Positions 50,356 through 62,692 of a DNA stretch of 64,000 nt are shown in pieces (the first letter of the stretch is position 1; every line of letters starts with the position of its first letter). The translations under genes and the position numbers were made by a program. The notes beneath the pieces are model-generated. The model was not told where the DNA came from. It saw nothing but the letters and a program-made list of their open reading frames with translations, and did no database searches. Source of the stretch: an uncultured Actinomycetota bacterium (GTDB taxonomy: Bacteria > Actinomycetota > Actinomycetes > JAHEKZ01); NCBI GenBank assembly GCA_963743915.1, contig CAVURN010000001.1, positions 256,001 to 320,000 on the forward strand, in the 5' to 3' direction.

Positions 50356-51573
50356 ATGACGAAGATCAAGGTCGACCAGCCGGTCGTCGAGCTCGACGGC
50401 GACGAGATGACGCGCATCATCTGGGCGTTCATCAAGGAGCAGCTGATCCTGCCCTACCTCGACATCGACCTGAGGTACTTCGATCTCGGCATCGAGAGCC
50501 GGGATGCGACCGACGACCAGATCACCGTGGACGCAGCGAACGCGATCAAGCAGTACGGCGTCGGCGTCAAGTGCGCGACGATCACGCCGGACGAGGCGCG
50601 CGTCGATGAGTTCGGCCTGAAGAAGATGTGGCGTTCGCCCAACGGGACTATCCGCAACATCCTCGGTGGCGTGATCTTCCGTGAGCCGATCATCATCAGC
50701 AACATCCCGCGTCTCGTGCCCAGCTGGACCAAGCCCATCATCATCGGCCGTCACGCCCACGGCGACCAGTACAAGGCGACCGACTTCGTCGTGCCCGGTC
50801 CCGGCACGGTGACCATCACGTACCAGCCGCGCTGACGGCGGCGAGCCGATGGAGTTCGAGATCGCTGACTTCCCCGGCGGCGGCGTCGCCATGGGCATGT
50901 ACAACTTCGACGACTCGATCCGCGACTTCGCCCGGGCCTCGTTCCGCTACGGTCTGGCCCGCCAGTACCCCGTCTACCTGTCGACGAAGAACACGATCCT
51001 CAAGGCGTACGACGGTCGGTTCAAGGACCTGTTCGCCGAGGTGTTCGAGTCCGAGTTCAAGGCCGACTTCGAGGCCGCAGGCATCACCTACGAGCACCGG
51101 CTCATCGACGACATGGTGGCGTCGGCGCTGAAGTGGGAGGGCGGGTACGTCTGGGCCTGCAAGAACTACGACGGCGACGTGCAGTCCGACACCGTCGCCC
51201 AGGGGTTCGGCTCGCTGGGCCTGATGACGTCGGTGCTGATGACTCCCGACGGCAGGACCGTCGAGGCCGAGGCCGCTCACGGCACCGTCACGCGGCACTA
51301 CCGGCAGCACCAGCAGGGCAAGCCCACCTCGACCAACCCGATCGCGTCCATCTTCGCGTGGACGCGGGCCTGCAGCACCGCGGCACCGTCGACGGCAACG
51401 GCGAGCTGCAGAAGTTCGCCGCCGACCTCGAGGCGGTCTGCGTCGAGACCGTCGAGAGCGGCAAGATGACCAAGGACCTCGCCCTGCTGGTGGGTCCGGA
51501 CCAACCCTGGCTCAACACCCAGGAGTTCCTCGCCGCCCTCGACGAGAACCTCCAGGCCAAGCGCGCCGGCTGA
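50356..51573 (+). CDS. icd: NADP-dependent isocitrate dehydrogenase (frameshifted)
   Basis: [32 protein letters not shown]. Confidence 0.95.
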
Positions 51574-51591
51574 CACTCGGCGGGCCCGGGC

Positions 51592-52918
51592 TCACTCCGC
51601 GGTGAGGGTGTCCAGGTCGTCGAGGAAGCCGGGGTAGCTGGTCGCGACGCAGTCCCAGTCGTCGATCTCGACCGCGGCGTCCACGGCGACCCCGACCGAC
51701 GCGACGGCAGCGGCCATGGCGATGCGGTGGTCGTGGTGGGACGCCACGCGTCCCGCACGCAGGCCGTCCGGCCCCATGGCGTGGACGACCAACCGTCCGC
51801 TGCGGGCCCCATGCCTCGCCGCCCAGGGCCTGGATCATCGCCACGACCGTCGCGATGCGGTCACTCTCCTTGGTGCGCAGCTCGTCGGCGTCGGTGAACT
51901 CCAGCGAGCCGGACGCCGCCAGCGCACCGGCGATCGCGAGGGCGGGAACCTCGTCGATCAGGTCGGGCAGCTGGCTGCCGGTGACCACGGTGCCGGTGAG
52001 CTCGCGACCGCGGGCCCGCACCGTTCCTGCGCTCGCGGTCGATGTCCAGATCCGCGCCCATGGCGAGCAGCACGTCGAGGAAGCCGGCGCGCTCGGGGGA
52101 CAGGTACAGGTTCTCCACCGTGACGTCCGAGCCCGGGATCGCCGCGGCGGCGCAGATCCAGAAGGCAGCCTGCGAGGGGTCACCGGGCACGGCGAACTGC
52201 GCCGGCGGACACCGGCCCGGGGTGCAGCGTCACCACGCTTCCGCCACCGTCGTCCGTCTCGGACGCGATGTCGACCCCGTGCTCGGCGAGCATCTCCTCG
52301 GTGTGCCGTCGGGTCGGCACCTTCTCGCGGACGGTGGTCGTGCCGTCGGCGAACAGCCCGGCCAGCAGGATCGCCGACTTCACCTGGGCGCTGGCCATCG
52401 GCGGCGTGTAGTCGATCCCGTGCAGGCCGCCGCCCTGGATGGTCAGCGGGGTGAAGCGCCCCCCGTCGCGACCGTCGATCACCGCACCCATGGCGCGGAG
52501 CGGTTCGACGACCCGGTCCATCGGACGGGTGGCGATGGAGTCGTCACCGGTGATCACGGTCCGAAAGGGCTGCCCGGCGCAGAGGCCGGCCAACAGCCTG
52601 GCTCCGGTGCCGGAGTTGCCGACGTCGAGCACCTCGGCCGGCTCGTGCAGCGCCCCCCCGGTGACGGTGAGGGTGCCGACGCGGAAGGGGGACGTCGCGT
52701 CGTCCGCCTCGGTGATGCGTCGCGCCGAGCTGTCGCACGATCTGTCGGGTGTGCCGGACGTCCTCGCCGGCTGACAGTCCGGTGATGGTCGACGTGCCGG
52801 ACGCCACCGCCGCCAGGATCAGCGCGCGGTGCGACACGGACTTGTCCCCGGGAACTCGGAGGGTCCCTCGCAGTGGTCGACGCCCTCGTACCTGCGCGGT
52901 CACAGGGTCGCTCGTCAC
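51592..52918 (-). CDS. aroA: EPSP synthase, class II-like (frameshifted)
   Basis: [36 protein letters not shown]. Confidence 0.9.
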
Positions 52919-53012
52919 CCACTCATTATGGCGAGCGCGGGCACTCGTCCTCCGAGGCACTCGACATCCGAGATGGCTGACGCCGGGGGCGTGGTGCTGT
53001 CACAGTGGGGGC

Positions 53013-53832
53013 ATGAGTCCGGCCAACCACCACACCCAGGTGCTCGACCGGGTGGCGATCGTCACCGGGGGTGGGACCGGCATCGGGCGTGCCACGGCGC
53101 TGCACCTGGCAGCGGACGGCTACAAGGTCGCGATCTGCGGGCGCCGCCCTGAACCGCTCGAGGAGGTGCGCGAGGCCATCGTCGTCTCCGGTGGCGTGTG
53201 CCTCGCCGTGCCCTGCGACGTGCGTGAGCCGGAACAGGTCGAGGCTTTCGTCGGTCGTGTGCTCGACGAGGGTGGCCGGATCGACGCCCTGGTCAACAAC
53301 GCCGGTGGCCAGTTCGTCGCCGACGCCGAGGACATCAGCCTGAACGGCTTCCGCGCGGTGCACCGCGTCGCCGTCGAGGGCGCATGGTCGATGACGCGGG
53401 AGGTGGCCAACCGAGCCTTCATCCCGCAGCGATCAGGGAACGTGGTGTTCGTCGGGTTCAGCCCGCGCCGCGGGATGCCCCAGGCGGCGCACGGTGCCTC
53501 CGCCCGCGCCGCGGTGGAGAACCTCGCGACCGGCCTCGCGCTGGAGTGGTCGCGCTACGGCATCCGCACCAACTGCGTCAGCGTCGGCACGGTCGACACC
53601 GAGGGTCTGGAGAAGTACGGCGACCTCGTGGCGGAGTGGGTCGAGACGATCCCCATGAAGCGCCTCGGCACGCCGGGGGAGGTCGCCTCGGTGATCGCCT
53701 TCCTGGTGTCGGACGCCGCCAGCTACGTCACCGGAACGGTCGTCACGGTCGACGGTGGCGCAGATGCATGGGGCGTCGGCGGGCTGCCCCCCGCGCTCGC
53801 AGGGCCTTCGGACCACTGCGGGCCCGCCGTAG
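53013..53832 (+). CDS. SDR oxidoreductase (3' end uncertain)
   Basis: TGGGTGIG, NNAGGQF, YVTG...VDGG. Confidence 0.88.
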
Positions 53833-53843
53833 CGCGTCGGGGC

Positions 53844-54265
53844 CTAGACCGATCGTCCGGCCTCGTCGCTGAGGGCGTCGCAGCAGCAGGGCGAGTGACG
53901 TCGCGGACGGCAGGCTCGTGCCGCCCGAGCTCCGCCTCCACCTGGGCGAGCACCGGCAGGAAGGCGCGCCCGGCCGCCTGGTGCGCCGCACGCCCCTCGG
54001 CGGTCAGCCGCAGCACGTAGGAGCGCCCGTCGTCCGGGTTGCGGCGCCGTTCGAGGTGCCCGCGCGACTCGAGGCGCTTGACGTAGCTCGACACCGTCGT
54101 GGGTGGCGCTGCCATCCAGCGCGCGACCTCTCTCGGCGTCATCGACGGCGCGGAGGACAGCACCGAGTACAGGCCGAACTCGTCGGCGGATAGGCCGGTC
54201 GCGGCGAGCGCCCGGTCGAGCGCTCCCGAGGTGGCGCGGGACACCCGCCACACGTCGAACAGCAC
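53844..54265 (-). CDS. MarR family regulator (ends uncertain)
   Basis: PTTVSSYVKRLE..G..RRRNPDDGRS..LRLT. Confidence 0.85.
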
Positions 54266-54300
54266 GTTCGTCCCCTGCTCGGACGACTTGACAGAGTTTT

Positions 54301-54343
54301 CTACGATCTCGCACTATTGGAGTGTACTACGAAATCGTAGCAA
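54301..54343. promoter_or_regulatory. Palindromic operator(s) CTACGA-N2-TCGTAG
   Basis: CTACGAAATCGTAG plus a degenerate CTACGATCTCGCAC upstream of marR. Confidence 0.55.
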
Positions 54344-54360
54344 TCACCGAGAGGCACGCC

Positions 54361-54495
54361 ATGTCGTTCACCACTCTGCACGCGGGGGTCGAGGACTTCG
54401 GTACCGTCCGGCACCTCCGGGTCGCGGGTTCGCAGCGCGAGATCGGACGCGCCCTGGCCGCGGCAGTAGGCGGCACCTTGACCCTCCACATCTGA
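54361..54495 (+). pseudogene. Truncated 5' gene fragment, possibly C45 peptidase/acyltransferase
   Basis: GAGAGG RBS; MSFTT...VRHLRVAGSQREIGRALA then an abrupt stop where composition shifts. Confidence 0.45.
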
Positions 54496-54676
54496 CAGCG
54501 AGCTGCTACCTCCTGCCTGTGAGTCTGTGCCTGCATCGTCATCCCTGGTATGGGTGACCGATCGGGCGTTACGTCAACGAAACTGCTGCACTCCCGAGCA
54601 CCGAGAGCTATGGGTTGCGTGTTGGTGGGGGTGTACTTTGACAATCACTCGTGGAGTGATGATCGGGGAGCCCAAC

Positions 54677-55903
54677 ATGAAGCGTCAACGAGCCTTGGTC
54701 TTATGGATCTTCATGGGAACCGCCGTCGCACTTCTCTACACGGCTCCTGCGAGCGCTGCTCCTCAAGGCGAGTGGGAAGACCTCTCGGTTGCCGAGCGCC
54801 AGGACCTCACCCTCATCGCCGAATCCGAGGGGATCGGAACGGACGAGGCGATGGAGCGCGTGGCTTGGCAGAATGGTTTCGCGATGGCTGCGACGGCGGT
54901 GCAAGAGGCCTATCCTGAGACGTTCGCCCACGCTGAGATCGTCAGTGAGATACCGGCAGTGGGCTCCATCTCGTTCGTAGGGCCCGTGCCGGTTGGCGTG
55001 CTCGCAGTTGCTCACCTCTGTGCCTGAGGGCGTCAAAGTCGAACTGATACCCGGCGCCGAGTTATCGGCCGCAGCGGTCGACGCCGCCATCAGCGACGTT
55101 CACCACGCTGTATCGGCGACCGGACTTGGTAGGAGATGTCACCACGACTTACGACCGCGAAGCGGGGCTGGTCCGCGTCGCCGCTCAGCCGAAGAGCGAG
55201 GAGGACCTCGAAGGTCAGGAGCAAGCCATCCGATCGATGCTCCCCGGAGAGCCTTCCTCCATTCGAGATAGATCCTCGACCCCCGGTTCGGCGGAAGAGA
55301 TGACGTCCGAAAGGGGGGAGGTCGACTCGAGGTAAGTGGCGACAGCGACCTTGAGTGCACTGCGGGATTCAACGTCGTCAAGCCTAACGGCACGACAGGC
55401 GTGGCGACGGCGGGTCACTGCCTCAACAACTCTGACGCATGAGAACGAGAGCGGCGACCTCGAGGTGGATCTCAACTGGCAGGCCGCTCACCGGGGTGCT
55501 TGGGGCGACTTCCAGTGGCATACGTCCACTGAGGGTGAGTCGGACAACTTCTTCTACAACTGGAACTCCACACGGGACGTCATTGCTTGGAGCAACCCGG
55601 TCGACGGGCAAACGCTCTGTCGCTTCGGCAAGGAATACCGGAGCAACCTGCAGCGGGGTTAATGACCTCAGCATCTGCAAGACGTCCGATGGACACGAGT
55701 TGTGTCGTCTGGTTCGGATGAACGATGACGAAGCTGGTCCGGGTGACAGCGGTGGTCCGTGGTACTACGGCGAGACCGCCTACGGATACCACCAGGGATC
55801 CGTAGGACTTGGTTGCGGATTCCTCGGGCTCTGGTCGTGCGACGTTTGGTCCCGCGCGTCGTACATCGATGAGGCCCTGGGCGTTTCGGTCCGGACAAGT
55901 TGA
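54677..55903 (+). CDS. Secreted S1 (alpha-lytic-like) serine protease with pro-region (frameshifted)
   Basis: Signal peptide; TAGHC (acggcgggtcactgc), GDFQW, GDSGGPW. Confidence 0.8.
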
Positions 55904-56241
55904 ACGTGCGAACGATGCCCGGATGGTGCATTGCGCTGCTCGGTGTGCTCCCGATGGCAGGATGCGGCGGAGACGCACCATCGATTGTCATCGTCTACGG
56001 CGATCCGGATTCCTCGAGACTCGAGGTAGGCGTGGACGTCTGCAACAGGAACCCGTCGGTCGACGCCGAAGAAACGACCGAGGAGGTTCGCCTGACGGCT
56101 ACGGCCGATGAGCTCTCTGGTGATGGGGAGGACGACTGCCGAGACTCCGTCGACCTCACACTGGAAGCTCCGTTGGGTGATCGAATCGTCGTCGACGACT
56201 CGACCGGCGAGCAGGTGGAAGTGGCTCCGCTCGAAGACTGA
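55900..56241 (+). CDS. Lipoprotein with Cys-pair beta domain
   Basis: Lipobox MAGC; CN...C...LEAPLGDRIVVD; overlaps the protease stop. Confidence 0.75.
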   Translation: MNVRTMPGWCIALLGVLPMAGCGGDAPSIVIVYGDPDSSRLEVGVDVCNRNPSVDAEETTEEVRLTATADELSGDGEDDCRDSVDLTLEAPLGDRIVVDDSTGEQVEVAPLED

Positions 56242-56329
56242 CCGTGACCGCTGAGCTTCTACCTCCACGACCGGACGGACGCAGCGTGTACTCCGACCCG
56301 AGGGTGTTCTCGCTCGGTTGACGTCCGGC

Positions 56330-57503
56330 TCAGGAGGCGAGCGGGGCCGCGGGTGCGCGCTTGTGGGGGTCGATGAAGGGGATCGCCGCCGTGGTTCCCT
56401 GGAGGCTGCCCTGCTCGGACTCCACGTCGAGCACGTGACCAGGTGACGCCAGCTCGATCGGCACCCACACGTAGCCGATGTTCCGCTCGAGTGCCGGCGA
56501 CCAGGTCACGTCGGTGACGCGACCCACCGGGCGTCCGTCGCGGAGGACGGGCCAGGGCTGGGTGAGCGTCAGGTCTCCACCGTCACCGGCGAAGGTGATC
56601 CCGACCAGCTTGCGGTCGACGCCCTTCTGCTGCAGCTCCTGCAGCGCCTGCTTCCCGATGTAGTCGGCGTCCTGTTCCTCGACCAGCCGCTCCAGGCCCA
56701 TCACGTGCAGCGGAGTGTCGTCGAGCGTGATGTCCGAGCCGTAGTTGAAGATGCCGGCCTCGACGCGGCGTGCCTCGGACGGAGCGATCGGCCGGATGTC
56801 GAACTCGGCACCGGCGTCCATGAGTCGCGTCCCACAGCTCGCTGCCGCGCGTGCCGTCGAGCAGGTTGACCTCGAAGCCGGGAATGGCCGTCCAGCCGGT
56901 ACGGCTGATCACCACCGGGATGCCGTTGATGGTGAAGCTGGCGCACCAGTAGTAGCGCAGCTCGGTGATGGCATCGCCGACGAGCTTGCGGAGCGTGTCG
57001 ATCGCGCGCGGGCCCTGCACCTGGACGGGGTGGACGTCGGGGAGCGTGACCTCGGCGTCGAGGCCGCTGTTGACCAGCACACCCATGAGGTACAGGTGTG
57101 CGTCGGAGTCGGCGAGCTGCAGCCACCAACGGTTCGGCGCGACGTGCAGCAGCACCGGGTCGTTGACGATCCCACCGTCGGGGGCCGTGACGATCATGTA
57201 CTTGCCCTGGCCGACCGCGCAGGTGGTGAGGTCTCGGCAGGTGACGAGGTTGACGAGAGCGTCGGCGTCGGGACCGCTGACCTCGACGGTGCGCTCGACG
57301 CCGACGTCCCACAGCGTGACGCCGGTCGTCAGTGCCGCGTACTCGACCAACGGGTCGTCGTAGTGCGCGGGCAGGTACATGTGGTTGTAGACGTCGTAGG
57401 CGTCGCATCCCGCCCGTCGGGTCGCCTCGAACATGGGAGAGCGTCGATACCAGGGACCGAAGTAGAGCGTGGCACTGAGCTGTTCGGCGACCGTGGTGGC
57501 CAT
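56330..57503 (-). CDS. GcvT-family aminomethyltransferase, DmdA-like (frameshift near 56825)
   Basis: VYNHMYLP, LWDVGVER, NDPVL, SRTGW, RVEAG. Confidence 0.88.
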
Positions 57504-57549
57504 GACCGTTCCCTTCGTGGGGGGCCGAGCCGGGCACTCGGCCTAAAAC

Positions 57550-57567
57550 TGACTGAGTGCTCAGTCA
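57550..57567. promoter_or_regulatory. Operator palindrome TGACTGAG-TG-CTCAGTCA
   Basis: Perfect 8-bp arms upstream of the GcvT-like gene. Confidence 0.65.
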
Positions 57568-57673
57568 ATCTACGCCCGACGTCGGACCTCCCGCAAGGGG
57601 GTGGTCACCCCCGATACGCTGTGCCGATGGAACCTCCCAGTACCGAGGGGGCTCACCCTGAGGTCATGCGGTC

Positions 57674-58970
57674 ATGAGCCCCCTGCTGGTCAACGTCGGC
57701 GTCGTCCTCGTCTTCGTGCTGATCGGTGGCTTCTTCGCCGCCGCCGAGATCGCCCTCGTGTCGCTCCGCGAGAGCCAGGTCGACCCAGCTCGCCCAGCGG
57801 GGCAGCCGGGGTCGGGCGGTCGCGAGGCTGCACGACCACCCCAACCGCTTCCTCTCCTCGGTGCAGATCGGCGTCACCCTCGCGGGCTTCCTGTCGGCGG
57901 CGTTCGGCGCCTCCACGATTGCGGACGACGTGTCGCCCGTGCTCGTCGACTGGGGGATGTCCCCGGGCGTGGCCAGCGCTGTGGCTCTGCTGTCGATCAC
58001 CCTGGTGATCGTCTACCTCTCCTTGGTCCTGGGTGAGCTCGCTCCCAAACGGCTCGCCCTGCAGCGGGCCGAGGGTTTTGCGCTGTTTGCCGCGCCGGTC
58101 ATCGAGTTCATCGCCCGCATCTCGACACCGGTCATCTGGCTCCTGTCGGCGTCGACGAACGTGATCGTCCGGCTCGCGGGCGGTGACCCGAAGGCATCCC
58201 GTGAGCAGATGAGTGAGCTCGAGCTGCGCGAGCTCGTCGCGGGGCATGAGGAGCTCGACGACGAGGAGCGCAAGCTGCTCGAGAAGGTCTTCAACGCCAA
58301 CGACCAGCAGCTGCGCGAGGTGATGGTCCCGCGGACGGAGGTCGACTTCCTGGACGCGGGCACGCCGCTGTTCAAGGCCCTCAAGGACGCCGCGAAGATG
58401 CCGCACTCCCGATACCCGGTCGTGCGCGGGTCCGCCGACGACGTCACCGGATTCGTGCACGTGCGCGACCTGTTCGACCCCGAGCTGACCGGTCGGTCGG
58501 TCCGCGTCGGCGAGCTCACCCGGCCCGTGCTCATGCTGCCCGGCACCAACCGCGTCCTCTCGTCGCTGCAGCAGATGCGCAGCGAAGGGCAGCACCTGGC
58601 GATCGTCGTCGACGAGTACGGCGGCACCGCCGGCATCGTCACGCTCGAGGACCTGGTCGAGGAGCTGGTCGGGGAGATCCGCGACGAGTACGACGAGCCC
58701 GAGCCGGAGACGATGCGGGTGGGTGAGACCGTCGAGGTGGACGGGCTGCTCAACATCGAGGACTTCCAGGACGAGACAGGGGTCGAGCTCCCCGAAGGCC
58801 CCTACGAGACGGCCACCGGATACGTCGTGCACGTCCTCGGCCGCTTCCCCCAGGTGGGGGACCGGCTGAGCATCAATGGTCACCGGATCGAGGTCGCCGA
58901 GGTCGAAGGACGCCGCGCCTCGAGGATCCGGGTCACACCCGAGGCGTCGTCGCGCCCCGCCGAGGCGTAG
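57674..58970 (+). CDS. Hemolysin family CNNM/CBS/CorC protein (frameshift near 57785)
   Basis: FFAAAEIAL, GELAPK, HSRYPV, VVDEYGG. Confidence 0.9.
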
Positions 58971-60023
<1,053 letters not shown>

Positions 60024-60025
60024 CC

Positions 60026-60551
60026 GTGGAGGCAAGGCATCGCGACGATCGGCGTCGTCCTCACCGTCCCGGAGCCATGGGGCGAGGAGCTTCAGGAGCG
60101 GCGTGCCGGGTACGGGGACACGGTGGCATGGACGATTCCCACCCACATCACGCTGCTGCCTCCGACCCAGGTGCCCGAGGAGCGGCTCGCGGCCGTGGAC
60201 GCACACCTGAGCAACGTCGCCTCCGCGCGTGCGCCGTTCACGGTGCTGCTGCAAGGCTCGGGAACGTTCCGTCCGGTCACCCAGACCTCGTTCGTGGTGG
60301 TCGAACAGGGCGGTGAGATCTGCACCCTGCTCGCCGACCACGTCCGATCCGGTCCGCTGCGTCGGCGACTGCCGTTCCCGTTCCATCCACACGTCACCAT
60401 GGCGGTCGACCTCACTGACAGCGTCCATGACCAGGTGGAGGAGGAGATGTCCTCGTTCTCGGCGGAGTTCCTCGTCGCCGGGCTCGACCGGTACGTCCTC
60501 GCCGAGCACGGCGTCTGGGAGCCGGTCGCCGGCTTCGCGTTCGGAGCCTAG
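60026..60551 (+). CDS. 2H phosphoesterase (2'-5' RNA ligase family); start frameshifted
   Basis: HITL and HVTM motifs. Confidence 0.85.
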
Positions 60552-61541
60552 ATGCGGGCTCGAGTGGAGCGACTGCTCGGATGGCTCCGGGGCGTGACCT
60601 GGATCGACCACCACCGACGTGCCTGGGCTCGAGCGGGGGGTCTGCGCTTCACCCGGTGGGCAGCCGGCATGGCGCTGTTCGGGTACCTCGCGCTCTTCCC
60701 GTTGCTCGTGCTGACCTTCATCGTCTTCGGGATCGTGCTGTCGCAGGCACCCGAGGTCCGCAGCGAGGTCGAGACGTTCCTGAGGGAGTCCCTCCCGTTG
60801 CTCTTCGACCCACAAGGGGGTCAGGCGCCGGTCGACATCGCCGAAGTTGCGCGGACCACCGTGAGTGCGGGGGTCGTCGCTGTGGTCGCCCTGCTGTACG
60901 CGGGCCTGGGCTGGGTGGACGCCACCCTCGAGGGAGTGCGCCGCATGCAAGGGGCGTTGCGGCGCCCCGGCAGCTTCGTCGTCCTCAAGCTGCAGGACTC
61001 CGCGGCGCTGGTCGCGATGGGCACGGTGCTGCTCGCCGCCCTGGTGGGAGCTGTTCTCGTCAAGGCGACCGGGTCATCTGCGCTCGAGTCGGTCGGATGG
61101 GCCGGCGGGAGCACCTGGCTGCTGCAGCTCAGCGCAGCCCTGATCTCGGGTCTGCTGCTGCTGCTCACCGTGGCCGCGTTGTACGGGTTCGCCTGGTGGC
61201 GCCGACCTCGTCGGCGGTGGGGAGTGGTGCTGCGTGGAGCTCTCATGACCAGCGTCACCCTGGCGTTGATGCTGCAGCTGTCGTTCCTGCTCGTGGGCCG
61301 CACGCTGGGCAACCCGGTCTACGGCACTCTCGCCCTGGCCGCCGCGCTCCTGCTGTTCCTGTACTTCTCGTCGGCGGTGCTGCTGTACGTGGCGTGCTGG
61401 GTGGCGGTGGTGGAGGGCGCCTCCGAGACCCTCGAGGAGGTCGCGTACGGCGCGAGAAGCAGGGGCGAAACTGTCGTCCTTCCCGCGGTCAGCGAGGTGC
61501 GGACGGACGTCGACGCTGCAGCCACCAGCCCGAAAGGGTGA
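60552..61541 (+). CDS. YihY/BrkB family membrane protein
   Basis: FGYLALFPLL, NPVYG. Confidence 0.85.
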   Translation: MRARVERLLGWLRGVTWIDHHRRAWARAGGLRFTRWAAGMALFGYLALFPLLVLTFIVFGIVLSQAPEVRSEVETFLRESLPLLFDPQGGQAPVDIAEVARTTVSAGVVAVVALLYAGLGWVDATLEGVRRMQGALRRPGSFVVLKLQDSAALVAMGTVLLAALVGAVLVKATGSSALESVGWAGGSTWLLQLSAALISGLLLLLTVAALYGFAWWRRPRRRWGVVLRGALMTSVTLALMLQLSFLLVGRTLGNPVYGTLALAAALLLFLYFSSAVLLYVACWVAVVEGASETLEEVAYGARSRGETVVLPAVSEVRTDVDAAATSPKG

Positions 61542-62595
61542 GGCCGAGACCGACGACCACCCAGACGGCCACGGCCGCGCCACCGGACCGGACGGGTTCG
61601 CTGGTGGTTGCGTCCTCCACCGCAGCCGCCTGAGGGGTGCTGTCGGTGTCGGGGACGACCTGCGGAGTCGTGATCGTCACCAGGGGCTCCTCGAGCGAGC
61701 CGACCGCGAGGGCGTCCTGGCCGCGACCGAAGCCCCAGTTCAGCAGCTTGGTGGCGGCGGTCTCGGAGGACTCGACCACGCCCATCAGCGCCACGATGAG
61801 GGTCCGGCCGCCACGCTCTGCGGCGCCGACGAAGGTGCGCCCGGCCTCGGTGGTGTACCCGGTCTTGACGCCGAGCACACCCGGGTACCCGGAGAGCAGC
61901 AGCGGGTTCTGGTTGTAGATCATGTAGCTCTTGCGACGGGCGTCGCCCTTGGGCTCCTGTGCGGGGAACGCCACCGACACCGTGGACACGTAGCGCCGGA
62001 AGTCACGATCGGTGAGCCCGGCGCGCGAGAAGATCGCCAGGTCGAAGGCCGAGCTCAACTGTCCCGGTGCGTCCAGGCCGGTCGGGTTCATCGCATGGGT
62101 GTCGTGCGCCCCGAGCCGGTCCGCGAGCCGGTTCATGGCGTGGACGGTGCCGCGGACACTCCCTGCCGCACGGGCGAGGGCACGCGCGGCGTCGTTGCCG
62201 CTCGGGAGCATCAGTCCGTAGAACAGGTCGTCGACGGTGTAGCGCGACCCGGGCACGAGTCCCACGGCGCTGCCGGCCACATGGGCGTCGGCCCACTGCA
62301 CGCGGTACTCGTCGTCGAGGCGCAGCCGAGGCAGCAGCGTGATGGCCGTGAGGGTCTTGAGGGTGCTGGCCGGCCTTAGCCGCAGGTGGGCGTTCTTGGC
62401 GGCGAGGACATCACCGGTCTCGGCGTCGACGACGACCCATGCCTTCGCCAGGACCGTGGGTGGTGCCGCAGCTCCGTGCACCACCACCCCGGGTGCCCCA
62501 AGGGGATCGCTGTCGTCGGCCGCCGCGGCCGGAACGACGCCCGCGAAGGCTGCCAGGAGCACCGCGGCGGTGACGGTGCGGAGAGTCACAGTCAT
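61489..62595 (-). CDS. D-Ala-D-Ala carboxypeptidase (S11)
   Basis: ASTLK, SGN, KTG; C-terminal TM helix. Confidence 0.92.
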   Translation of the reverse strand: MTVTLRTVTAAVLLAAFAGVVPAAAADDSDPLGAPGVVVHGAAAPPTVLAKAWVVVDAETGDVLAAKNAHLRLRPASTLKTLTAITLLPRLRLDDEYRVQWADAHVAGSAVGLVPGSRYTVDDLFYGLMLPSGNDAARALARAAGSVRGTVHAMNRLADRLGAHDTHAMNPTGLDAPGQLSSAFDLAIFSRAGLTDRDFRRYVSTVSVAFPAQEPKGDARRKSYMIYNQNPLLLSGYPGVLGVKTGYTTEAGRTFVGAAERGGRTLIVALMGVVESSETAATKLLNWGFGRGQDALAVGSLEEPLVTITTPQVVPDTDSTPQAAAVEDATTSEPVRSGGAAVAVWVVVGLGLTLSGWWLQRRRPSAPR

Positions 62596-62692
62596 GACCC
62601 GCGAGAGGCTACCAACCCGATTCCTCCGCCAGGGCGCCACGGTCACCCCGCAGGACGGGTCATCGTGGCGCCCTGGCGCCTGAGATCGAGGG

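Noticed and set aside
57620-57685. Fluoride riboswitch-like GCCGATGG upstream of the CNNM gene
   Set aside because: Lacks the P1 and pseudoknot partners and the TGATG segment; only a GGGGGCTCA/TGAGCCCCC inverted repeat is present
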